Below, one piece after another: positions 38,560 through 50,340 of a DNA stretch of 63,435 nt. The notes below the pieces were generated by a model. The model was not told the origin of the DNA. It made no database searches and saw only the letters and a program-made list of their open reading frames with translations. Origin of the DNA: Catajapyx aquilonaris (Eukaryota); contig KZ538865.1 in NCBI GenBank assembly GCA_000934665.2, positions 1 through 63,435 of the forward strand, written 5' to 3'. Each line of letters opens with the position of its first letter. Position 1 is the first letter of the stretch. The position numbers and the translations under genes were made by a program.

Positions 38560-39200
38560 AATAACTTACAAAAATGCTATAGACTCGTCACGATCACTAA
38601 TAAGCTGTATATTTTCAATTAGCTACTCGAACAACACTTTTATCTACCGTACTCGAGTCACGGATATAACTGTTATCGCCTGGAGTGGCGAAAACTGAGC
38701 TGCTTATTTTCACTTAGCTACTTAAGAAAATAATTACTGTATCGACTCAAGTCACGATAACTAAGAAGCTGCTTATTTTCAATTAGCTATAAGCCTATAA
38801 CTTACTTGGAAAAACTGTTATCTATTCAAGTCGCGATAACTAAGAAGCTGATTATTTTCAATTAGCTATAACTTACTTGAAAAACTGTTATCTACTCATG
38901 TCGCGATAACTAAGAAGCTGCTTATTTTCAATTAGCTGTAACTTACTTCAAACACTGTTATCTACTCAAGTCGCGATAATTTATTGTTATCGCCTCAAGC
39001 GACGATAACTAAGCTGCTAATTTTCAATTGGCTACTTGAAGAAACTGTTATTTACTCAAATGACGACAACTAATAAGCTGTTTATTTTCGATTAGCTACT
39101 TACTAGTGTTATCGACTCAAGTCACGATTAATAAGCTGCTTAATTTCAATCAGGTTATACAAAAGCTATTCTGGATGATTCAAGTCACGATAACTGTAAC
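38560..39200. repeat. ~70-bp degenerate tandem array (extends back to about 37790)
   Basis: gtcgcgataactaagaagctgcttattttcaattagcta...actgttatctactcaa repeated. Confidence 0.8.
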
Positions 39201-40737
39201 GCTGAAATCACTGGCGAGATGTTCAATTATTTTCAGTTTTCAATTCTTTGCAAAGGGTCTGCGCTACTGTTAGCCTGATTCGAGTGTGTGTGTGTGTGTG
39301 TCGAAAAATGACTGAAGAAATAATAAGAACTGGCAACAGTGTGTACACCGTTGCAGTTTTTTTTGTGTGTGTGTTTGTCAATGTAGCTCATAATAAATGC
39401 TGCGTCCAAGCCCGTAATAACTGTTATTTCCATCGCTTTTATCGAGCCGACTGTACAAAAAGAAAAATGACTTCTCCGCGTCACGTGTATAGGCAAAGTC
39501 CTGCCATTATTTTGGAGAATGGCCCTTCCCCCTTTGATTTAATTAGAGAGGCGCACTTCACCCTCATTGGTCGAATGCGTAACTTGCCAGGGGCAGATTG
39601 ACAAAATGCAAATGGAGGGCACGTAATCCTCATTCGGGGGGAAACGAAGGTTAATTATTTGAGCGGCCCATATACACACACGCGAGCTGATTTGGATTAG
39701 AATTGGAGGAAAATCCGGGGAGATATTGTCACATCTTAGTAGATGCTTGAAAGGTGACATTGGCGACACTGTTAGGTTTGTGCCAACGCTACATTTCAAG
39801 GCAATAGGTGTTCTTCTACGCCAGCTGCTGGAGAGTCTCCAAAAAACGATAGACATTTCTCCAGTACCCAGAATGGCAACGGGTGTCCATAGCAAATTGT
39901 CGAAGCCACAATAACGTTCACTGGTCTGCGGCGCACGGCGGCGCACAATACGGACAGAATTGTTGGCGTATACACAACCCACAATAAGCGCCCAATAGTA
40001 GACGTTATCGGGAAAATGCGACGTACCGTGCCTGGCATGGCCGCAAGACGGACATTACTAGTGCGGTCACCCAAAACCCATACAAATACACCGACACAAA
40101 CGCCTCTATATTTCTCCGCCCCGGGGTCGCCCAAGAACTCCTTTCTGCCCTTACTTTACTAACAACCGGACTTTCTATTTAGTTGTGATCTCTAAAAATG
40201 GACGTTTTGACCTCTATGAACCGGCGTTTTTTTTAAAAAAAACGAAAGCAACCGAGTGCGCACCCACACTCGCGCAAGTCCATTGTTATTCCAACAACAA
40301 CGTTAAGCCTACTCCTCTAAGGTTCAGTGCCTTGGGGACTATTCAAAAGGCTGCCATATAATATTGTTACCCATCACTCAAACGTTGCGATGAAACAATT
40401 TGCGCGAACTATGTTGCGCACTCGGTTGCGCTCATAAAAAATATTCATCGATAGCACAATGTAATGTTTTTCTAACAATGTACAGTCTCTATATACCGTG
40501 TGTTTCAAGCTCTCATCGAAATGTCACGAGTTGGCACCCTCTAAAGGCACCAACATGTCCGCGACTTTTTTTTTTACAGTGAACTGAATAATCGTTATGG
40601 AACATACTGTAGTGGTCGCTAGCAATATTGGGATGATTTCATTTTTTTTAAACATTATTGACAATATCTCTTTTTTTTTTTTGAAAGATGAGTTAGCGCG
40701 ATCCTGCTGTCGTCTGTCTCGTGTGAAGGGTACTCAC

Positions 40738-41253
40738 GTTGGGCACGAGCTGGTCGGTGGATCTCACTCGGGTCACCTTGTTCCGGTTGATGTGACTCTT
40801 GATGGTCTTCTCCACTTGCTGGTTGAACTTCATGAAGACCACGTAGGTCGCGTAGAGTCCCAGGAGCAGAGCAGCCTCCCACCACTGGATGATGCTGTCG
40901 ACGAAGAAGCCCACCAGGGCCAGCAGACTGATGGAGTAGAAGGTGCAGTCCCTGAAGAGAGGCCACCAGGTCAGGTGAAGCACCGTCTTGCTGAAGAGGG
41001 CGCACATCCCGATCACGAAGAGGATGTTGAAGACGGCCGACCCCACGATGGTGCCGATGCCCACGTCGCTGAACGACACGAACACCCCGATGACGGAAGT
41101 GAACAACTCAGGGGCTGAGCCGCCAGCAGCCATGAAGGTCGCCCCTGCCACGTCCTCGGTAATCTCCAGCTTCTCGATGATCACGTCCAGCGCAGGTACG
41201 AAGAACTCGTCGCACACTATGGCCAGCGCCACGAACATGTACGCCACTCCGAT
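40738..41253 (-). CDS. Nckx30C: NCKX coding exon 2 (172 codons; TM1-TM5 with alpha-1 repeat)
   Basis: Acceptor ttccttag|ATC, donor AAC|GTGAGT, phase 0-0; encodes [22 protein letters not shown]...[19 protein letters not shown]...[23 protein letters not shown]...WWPLFRDC..., the diagnostic NCKX alpha-1 repeat. Confidence 0.97.
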
Positions 41254-41380
41254 CTAAGGAAGGAAGAGAGAGAGGAAATACACATCACTATAACGACATA
41301 CGCAGGACAAATAACTCTCTAATTTTAAAACCCTTTTTAAGAACACGCTTCATTAGGTAGCGAACTCGATTCTGAAAGTC

Positions 41381-41708
41381 ACCGTCTGGCGTGGAGGTTG
41401 CGAACTCACCCATTCACGTGACAACCTCCCGATAGATGGTGTGGAAGTTGCGAATTCTCCGCTTAACGTGACTACCTACCGCTAGATGGTGTGGAAGTTG
41501 CGAACTCGCCGCTTAACGTGACTACTTCCCGCTAGATGGTGTGGAAGTTGCGAACTCGCCGCTTAACGTGACTACTTCCCGCTAGATGGTGTGGAAGTTG
41601 CGAATTCTCCGCTTAACGTGACTACCTCCCGCTACATGGCATGGAAGTGGCGAACTCGCCCCTTAACGTGACTATCTCCCGCTAGATGGTGTGGAAGTTG
41701 CGAACTCT
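41381..41708. repeat. 50-bp minisatellite, about 6.5 units
   Basis: Unit ccgctagatggtgtggaagttgcgaactcgccgcttaacgtgactacttc with exact 50-bp spacing. Confidence 0.92.
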
Positions 41709-42381
41709 CTGCATGCGCACTCACACACACCCGTGGCGGTGAAGGTCATATAAAGCGTGTATAATAATAATAATAAATTTTAAAAGCCGTATCTGCACTG
41801 TCATACTATTCTATGTCATATACTCATTCTCTCAGTCTGCTTATAAATTTTATGTCCGTGTTGACTCATCGCCTAGTTGCCATAGTTTTCACTTTACCCG
41901 AAAGTAGTAGGCCTACGCGTCGTTACTCATCACCAACGTGCATATAGTACTACATGCACGTTGGTGATGAGTCACGCCGCGGACAAAGCCCACCAGGGTG
42001 CTATATTCAGCTCCGCCTCCATTGAAGTGAGTCCCACCCTCTCTGACAGCTATACCGGTATGCCCTCTAATAATAATATTGTTGAATGGGGAAAGTTAAA
42101 ACTACGGTAACCACTGCCTAGGCGATGAGTCAACGCGGACATAATTATAACCAGACTGAGAGAATAAGGGGATTAGTATAGTATATGATAGCGGTCAGAG
42201 AGGGTGGGACCAACTTCAATGGATGCGAGGCACATGCTGGTTATGTATAGCACCCTGGTGGGCTTTGTCCGCGCAGTGACTCATCACCAACGTGCGTGTA
42301 GTACTACTTATCCCCTCAGCACGGCAGTAGTGTGCAGAAGGACAGTCTATTGCGCCTAAACTGGTAGTGACCTATGTACTA

Positions 42382-42551
42382 CAGTTGAATCCGGATATAA
42401 CAGACTTTCGGATATAACTGACTCGGCGTACTTCCCCCGCGTACTTCCACATATATTATGCATTTGGCTATAATTAACAGACCTTGGTTATAAGCTTACA
42501 GCAGACCTATTTCCGCGGTCTCTTGACGTCTGTTATATCCGGATTCAACTG
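42382..42551. mobile_element. pogo/Tigger-like MITE nested in a family F element
   Basis: 24-bp TIR cagttgaatccggatataacagac, TA TSD; empty site cctatgtacTActtccaag is present in the related copy near 34553-34571. Confidence 0.8.
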
Positions 42552-44659
42552 TACTTCCAAGCAGTGTTGCCAAATTTCGGCAACGAGTCCGCTACTAGTC
42601 ATGTATACAAAATCGGCTAGGATCTGTTTGTCCGCAGTGAGTCATCAGACGTAACTATGCAAAGAGGCGCCATCTGTATGAGAGCTACGGTATTACGTCC
42701 ACAATCCGGTTATTGAGGGGCAGTGTTGCCAAATTTGACCAAGCGCGTTCATGCTCGATTATGATCAGCTGAGCGGAATTGAAACTATGCAAATTTAAAG
42801 TACTCGACATTGATCACTTTTCCGAGCCATATGACTTCTTTTTTTTTTTTTGCACAGTCTGTAACGCACTAACGATCAGTTTAAGGTCAGTTAAGGGCTA
42901 ACCCAATCGATGACCACATTTAGCAGATTGCGATCCATCAATAAATTGTTTCGCGGAATACCCTGCAAAGCTCGGGACAAATTGCGAAATGTGATTATTA
43001 CTGCTGCAGTTGTTGCACTATTATTATGGTTTGTTTTTTTGCGCTCTCTTGTTCAGAACCTGTGAGGCAACGTCGCAAAAATTGCGTTTACACAAGTCGC
43101 AACCTATTATGTCAGCTGGTAACCATCTCCGATAGCACTTATTGTACAGTACAAGTCGTCACGCAATACCAAAACAAACAGAGAGGGAGAGAGAGAGAGA
43201 AAAAAATGTGTGTTTGCCATTTACCTTACACGTTTCGCAATAAGTTTGCAGAACATTCCGCCGCCCAACACTATCGAGTCAATAGTTCATAGCGATGCGG
43301 AACATTTTTTGTTATGCACAAAAGTCCACGTAGTGCAATATCCCTCATATACATGGCGACACTTTCTGCCACTCTCAGGATAGAGCGAGGGGTTGTGGTA
43401 CTATAGGAGATTACTTCCACACTCGCGCAGCTCCATTGTTCTGACAACAGTAGCCAATATTCACACCAGTAGCCTCTGAGGTTCGTTCCAGAGACATTTC
43501 GTTCCCCCGTAAGAGTAGCGTTGGAAATAACTGCTGCTCAGTACCAACAATCATTGATAATGTCAACCGTGCACTCTGCGCGAACTTTTGATGCGCGCAC
43601 TTGGTTGCGTTCGTTTAAAAACATTCTACACATCCACCTACAGATGATTATTTAACGAACTCCACCGAGTGCGCAACATGGTTCGCGCAATGTGCAGGGT
43701 TGGCATTATCGATGATTGTTGGTAAGCTAAGCGCAGCACGTATTTCCAACACTACGCTTGCGGAAACAAAATGGGCGACGAGTGCGACGTTGCCAAGGGT
43801 CTGGAACGAACCTGACAGTGGGTGTACTGCGCTGCACTTATTTCCAACGCTACGATTGGGGGGCGTTTGCGAAGGTTCTGGAACTTACGTTGTTGTCAGC
43901 ACATTTGAGCTGCGCGAGTGTGGGTGCGCACTCGGTTGCGGACAAGCAGGGTCGGCAGAATCAGGCAAACCGATTGCTATGAAATTGCTACTAAGGAATT
44001 GTCGCAATTAACATTGCTCTGTGACCCCCCCTCCCCAAGTATATCGTGTGAGATTTATTTTCCAAACACGAAGGTCAGTCATAGTCACCCTTGTCATGTC
44101 ATCCGTTCAAATCACGGAGAGTGAACCACCGTAAAACCATGGTCGCCGTCCGAAAATGAAAAGTGTGCGCACGACACGAGGGAGGGTTTCGTGGTCAGAT
44201 CTCATCAGGCACACCACCCATCACAGGTCAATCACGTGACGCTACTTACCCCACATCCGTTCCGCGCAATCAACACACACACACACTTTTCGCAAAAAAA
44301 TATATATATATAGCCCGAACCTTTGCCAAAAAAATAATAATAATCAGGTTTTGGGCACTAATTGGCGGGCATACCGGTTTAGTTAGCCGCGTTTGTTTGT
44401 CAAAAATAAAAATCCACTTTCACTACATAACCATCCCACAGTGATTATACTTGCGCTAATTGCAATTATCCGGATCCTCAAATCAGGTGAACACTTTTAG
44501 AGGAAATCCGGAGTTTTTTTTTCGCGATATCTGATTGGACGTCAGGTGAGATCAGAGCAGCCAAGGGTTTAAGAAACTCTTTGCGATAACATTGAAAATA
44601 AGCCAACATAATTTTAGCATAAAATTCTCCATTAATATCAGACGCGGTTATTAAAAATT

Positions 44660-46070
44660 AGCGGCTTATTATTAAGGAGTTACATGTCAATCGCTAATAT
44701 GTTCGATAACCTCTTAGAGTAACTGTTTCAAAGTGGATGTTTCAAATGGATGAAACACATGTAATATCACACTCTGCAGTTACGTCTTTTTTGCTAAGGA
44801 CGGGAGTCACTAGCGGCTTATTATTAAGCAGTTACATGCATTCGTGTTACCGATATATGGCAAAATATAATATTTTCGGTAACCTCTAAAAGTAACTGTC
44901 GAAAATGGAACCTTTATCACACTCTGCAGTTACGTCTTTTTTGCTATGGACGGGAGTCACTAGCGGCTTATTATTAAGCAGTTACATGCTTTACCGGTAT
45001 CTGGCAAAATATAATATTTTCGGTAATCTCTAGTAAAAGTAACTGTCGAAAATGAAGCCTTTATCACACTCTGCAGTTACGTCTTTTTTGTTAATGACTA
45101 GTGATTAGCGATTATTGCCATTGGAAATCAAACCTCGACGAACGAACGAACGAACGAACGAACGAACGAACGAACGAACGAACGAACGAACGAACAAACA
45201 AACAAATAATAAACTTTGCATTTGAAAATCTATATAAATAAAGCCGTTTGTGAGTCTGTCTGTCTGTCTGTCTATCTGTCCGCCTGCCAACCGTCATTTG
45301 CCTGCCATCTGTGCTCCACCCCAGGCCGGGAGAGGATGGAGGTGTTTGGGGTTGATGACTACAGATGGCAGGCAAATGACGGTTGGCGTTATACAGGCGG
45401 GAGAGGTTGAAGGTGTTGCAGTAGAAGGACCACAGATGGCATTGGTGGCCGGACACACAGAAAGACAGACAGTTGACGGGGGTACTGGCAGTTGTTTTCC
45501 CTTCGTTCATTTCTTCCCGGGCAACGCCGGGTGCCGCAGCTAGTACTTAATATAGATGAAACTCTATCACACTCTGCAGTTACGTCTTTTTCTTAAGGAT
45601 GGGAGTGCGATTAGCTATTATTATCACTAGCGGCTTATTATTAAGCAGCTACTTGCATTAGTGTTACCGGTATGGCAAAATATAATAAATAAAATAAAAT
45701 CACACACTGCAGTTACGTCTTTTTTGTAAAGGACGGTAGTGATTAGCGAAGATTGTCACTTGCGGCTTATATTATTAAGCCGTTACATTAGTTAGTGTTA
45801 AAGCTAATATTTTGATAACCTCTCAGGGTAACTGTTGAAACATGACTGCTTAATTAATAATACGAATGAAATCGTGCAGTTAAGCTTTTTTTGTTAAGGA
45901 CGGTAGAGATTAGCGATTTATTAGCTGCTTGTTATTAAGCAGTTACTTTCGTTAATGTTAAACGCTATTTTCGATAACCTCTAAGAGTAACTGTTGGAAG
46001 GTAATTAATAACAGTGTGAATGAAACGTTATCGCCACTCTGCAGTTACGTTGTTTTTGTTAAGTACAGCT
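44660..46070. repeat. ~150-bp degenerate tandem array interrupted by (gaac)n and Helitron H1
   Basis: atcacactctgcagttacgtctttttt and gcggcttattattaagcagttac recur about 7 times. Confidence 0.8.
45229..45543 (+). mobile_element. Non-autonomous Helitron H1, second closely similar copy
   Basis: Same TC...hairpin...CTAG structure, colinear with 12364-12677. Confidence 0.85.
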
Positions 46071-46497
46071 GTACAGGGTAGTTGACATTGTTAGTTTTTA
46101 CTAGTTAGTTTACAATGTTGTTTCCTATAGTTCGGGGCGGGGTGTCCCAGAGAGGAGAACCGAATCCGGGTAGGAACTAGGCCACACACACTGCCTTTAA
46201 CTAGGTCAGGGACAACGACAATGCTGACCGTTTGTAAAGACCGCTCAGGTGGGGAAATCGCGGATTTTGTGCAAATAATCCGACATAATCTAAGATTCAC
46301 ATTGACATCCACATCAATACTGGACAACTTCCTCATAAATTATTGTGCACACAGATAATTCAATAAATCCACATCTACCGTACATCCTAAATTGCGCAAT
46401 GAAACATTAACAAATCTGCCATTAAAACCACGTCAGTTTATCAGTACCCCATGAATACTAAAGAAGTGCTTAATTTAATGGGCATGTGTGCACTTAA

Positions 46498-46736
46498 TCA
46501 TACATGTATAAAGCAGAAAGTTTGTCTGTTTGTCCGGGGCTACCTAACCCACTTCCACACCTCCGAGAGCCCTGATATTTGGCACACTGATGGCTTACGT
46601 GCGGCTGATTCAGGGGAAAAGTCCGAAAACCGCGCTTTTTTGAGCCTATAAATATCCAAAATTTCGGATTTTTGTTTGTTTTCATGACGTTTGTTCTCTC
46701 ATCAATCCCCAGTGCGAAGAACGGGTCCACTGCTAG
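46498..46736 (+). mobile_element. Non-autonomous Helitron, third type
   Basis: a|TCatacatgtataaa...gtttgtctgtttgtcc 5' end; 3' ccc...gcgaagaacggg hairpin followed by CTAG|T. Confidence 0.62.
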
Positions 46737-47217
46737 TCACATATATAGAATTGGCTAGACTCGACTCTGTCCCTACACACGTAGTGACTCATCACCTAGA
46801 TGCATGTAGTTACCACTTGGAATGGGAATGGTGTGCATGTACAACGCGCAAAAAAGATTGTCGCAGTATATCCGTGTGGTGTCCGCGACTTTTTGGTTTA
46901 CCCTCCTGCCGCAAAGGTCGTTTCCGGATGACGGTGTTTCGGGGTGATTGGGCAAAGTTTCAGCACTCTCAGTAGTCCGGAAGTGGGGTATTAGGTAGTC
47001 CCGACATACAGACAAACTTGGTGCTTACGTAAATCTAAATCATCACAAACACAGTCATCCGGCAGCGATCCTTGCGGCAGGAGGGTAAACCAAAAAGTAG
47101 CGGACACCACACAGTGCGACAATCTTTTTGCGGGTTATAGTATACGCCAGCTGGTAGTGGCATATCGTAGTACGTCCAAGTGCGGGCCGGGCAGTGTTGC
47201 CGTTTTGGGCCACTTAC

Positions 47218-47538
47218 CACATGAAGAACGATGGCTCCTTTCCTGAGCTCCTCGTCTGTGAAGAGCTCCGGAGGGAAGAGAGGGTCAGCAGGTTCGGCCT
47301 TCTTGGGTTCTGCTGTGGCGTTTTGTATGGTGGACTCGGTGTCCGCCGGCTCCGTGGCTTCTTGCAGGAGCCGTCTGCCCCCCACGTATCCGTCGCCTGA
47401 GGTTGCCGTACCCGGTATGACATCTCCGTGTTTGGGCAGAAGAGCCAGGGCCTGAAGGCCTATCCAACAGGCTGTGACCAGCACGGCCGCGACGGCCATG
47501 GACTGTGGCCGTCGCCACAGGCCCCTTCTCCTCTTCAT
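47218..47538 (-). CDS. Nckx30C: NCKX (SLC24) K+-dependent Na+/Ca2+ exchanger, first coding exon (107 codons: signal/TM0, extracellular N-terminus, start of TM1)
   Basis: ATG in gccATG context with an in-frame TAG 12 nt upstream; hydrophobic AVAAVLVTACWIGLQALALL; ends DPLFPPELFTDEELRKGAIVLHV, the typical NCKX pre-TM1 motif; donor GTG|GTAAGT at 47217, phase 0. Confidence 0.93.
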
Positions 47539-47868
47539 GGCCGGTTGCTATAGTTGCGGGAAGGTTGCTGGAGACGACAGTTCCCTATATAAATCCCGGC
47601 TTTTTGTTTGTTTTTGGCACGGCTCGGCTCTTCTCCTTTTTTCGCGAAAAAGGAGGCGAAGGACCGGCTTCACGTGATTTCGCGCATATTTCGCGGCGAG
47701 TAGGTAGCACTGCACATTCACTCCTCACTATAGGATGGCTGGAGTCCGACTGGCGCTGGACTGCTCGCCGGCTGCTCCCCCCCGACGCCCCCGACGCCCA
47801 AGATGCGCCGGAGCAGGCGCACGGCCGCGACACTCCTGACACTACACCACTACGCGACAGAGATCATG
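47539..47868 (-). other. Probable 5' UTR portion of the first coding exon, with a 5-codon uORF (MISVA*, 47867-47850)
   Basis: GC/CpG-rich stretch continuous with the ATG; acceptor-like tttctgagcccctcgtcccag| ending at 47869 suggests an upstream non-coding exon. Confidence 0.4.
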
Positions 47869-47904
47869 CTGGGACGAGGGGCTCAGAAATAAGCAGGTGC
47901 CACT

Positions 47905-48540
47905 CTATAGACGCGATCGAGACGCGGACCTCACCGCGTCTCGACCGCGTCTAGTGTGAAGACAATCAAGGCATCATGATCGAGACGTGGTTGGACGTCA
48001 GCCGAAGTCAACATGACCGCGTCTCGACCGCGTCTCGATCGCGTCTAGTGTAAGACAATCAAGGCATCATGATCGAGACGTGGTTGGATGTCAGCCCAAG
48101 TCAACATGATCGCGTCTGGACCGCGTCTCGACCGCGTCTAGTGTGAAGACAATCAAGGCATCATGATCGAGACGTGGTTGGAAGTCAGCCGAAGTCAACA
48201 TGATCGCGTCTCGATCGCGTCTCGATCGCGTCTAGCTATAGTGTAATACCATGTGCACTCATGTAAACAATATCCCCACTCGGTTGGAAGTGAGCCGGAG
48301 TCTCGATCGCGTCTAGTGTACGATCGAGACGTGGTTGGAAGAGAGCCGAAGTTATAACATGAGCGCGTGTCGACCGCGTCTAGTGTAGAGACAATGCAGA
48401 CAATATCTCGACTCGGTTGGAAGTTAGTTGTAGTCATCATGAGCGCGTCTCGACCGCGCCTATAGTGTGAAGACCATGTAGGTACTATCTCGACTAGGAT
48501 GTGAGCCTGAGCCAACAAGAGCGCGTCTCGACCGCGACGC
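47905..48540. repeat. CpG-rich ~93-bp tandem array with 11-bp subrepeats
   Basis: Recurrent cgcgtctcga(c/t) and ctagtgtgaagacaatcaaggcatcatgatcgagacgtggttgg. Confidence 0.85.
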
Positions 48541-49239
48541 ATTTGCATTATAAGTTATGTTAAATCCAGGTTAAACCACGGGTTAAACACACCCCAGTAA
48601 GTAGACTATTTTCCGTTGTGTCTGCCCTGCGCATGCTACCTGCGCAGATCGGTGCGTTCCTGCGCAGACGGCCTGCGCAATGCCCCCTGGAAGCAATGAC
48701 AAACCGCGGAATTGCCTGGAATCGAGTTGGCTGCGGAAACAATGTCGGAAGACGGAGGAAGGAAGGTATTTCCAGGAGCGGCAGTGCGGCATAGGGTGCA
48801 GATAGAGCCCGGGATAGAAGAGGGAAATACTAAGGGAGAGGCAGGGGGAATTGGGTGGGTGGGAGGGAGGGAGGGAGTCAGACCCAAGAGAATGAGAGGA
48901 AACAAAAGCAGCAGCAGTAGTAGTTGTTTCATCGAGCCTCAATCTCTCAATTTCAGAACCACTCCGGAGCATTCTAATGCGATGGAGGCCTCCGGATATA
49001 TATACATAATTATGCGGTTGGCGTCAAAAGATGACGTGAAATATGGCGGACACGGCACGTGCCAGGGACGTTTTCGGTTTCCTCAGCATTATTGATGACC
49101 CCTCCTGATATTATTTAGGATACTTGTGTGTTGTGTGGAAGAGTGGAACCATAAAACGAAGGTATACATCCAACTGATCCAAGCACATAGTAAACGTGTT
49201 GAGCGAGGTAATTAGCCGTATCAGACGGTTAAAACAAAC

Positions 49240-49771
49240 TACTAAAACTATTATCATTAGCTATTCTTAGCTATTATTATAGCCCTAACACGATTATAAC
49301 GATTATAAGCTATAGCTACAGTGTGTATATTAGCTATTATCAACTATTGCTAGCTATTGTATTATTATCAACTATTACTAGCTATTGTATTACTATCAAC
49401 TATTACTAGCTACTATTATTAACTTACTGATAACTATTATTGGCGATAACTATTAGTACCACTCGCTATTATTATTATAATTACTGTTAGCTATTATTGA
49501 CAATAACTAAGTATTACTAGCTATTATTACTATTATTACTGTTAGCTATTATTGACGATAACTATTATTATTACTCGTTATTATTACTATTATTCCTAAT
49601 CTGTTATTATTACTTTGCTACTAGCTGTTATTATTATTAGCTATTATTACTAACCTTTGTTATTATTACTAATAGCGGTTATTATTACTACTAGCTATTA
49701 TTACTGTAGCTATTACTGTTATTACTAGCTATTATTACTATGGCTATTACTATTATCTTGCTATCATTGAC

Positions 49772-49811
<40 letters not shown>

Positions 49812-50141
49812 TATTACTATTATTATTATTGACTGTAATTTCTATTGACTTATTACTATTATTACGATTACTACTACTACTATTATGATTATTATTATTA
49901 CTATTACTGTTATTATTATTACTATTACTGTTATTATTACTATTATTATTATTATTATTACTATTACTGTTATTATTATTACTATTATTATTATTACTAT
50001 TACTGTTATTATTATTACTATTATTATTACTATTACTGTTATTATTATTACTATTATTATTACTATTATTACTATTATTACTATTATTATTATTACTATT
50101 ATTATTATTATTATTGACTGTAATTTATATTGACTTATTAC

Positions 50142-50187
<46 letters not shown>

Positions 50188-50340
50188 TACTGTAATTTCT
50201 ATTATTGACTTATTAAGTAATAATAGGAATAATAGTACTATTATTCCTATTATTGCTAAAGATTTTGCTAATATTGCTAAAGATTTTGCTAATATTGCTA
50301 ACAATTACATTACTTACTATTATTTACTATTATTAGCCGT
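49240..50340. repeat. (TAT/TAC)n degenerate microsatellite
   Basis: Direct inspection. Confidence 0.9.

Noticed and set aside
40597..41118. 173-aa + strand ORF (likewise 10253-10795, 13438-13878, 47505-47954)
   Set aside because: Antisense shadows of GC-rich NCKX exons or UTR; no independent motif or splice evidence
41381..41708. CRISPR-like regular repeats (also 47905-48540 and 52022-52500)
   Set aside because: Units are contiguous with no unique spacers, no cas genes are present, and the context is a eukaryotic intron or upstream region; these are minisatellites
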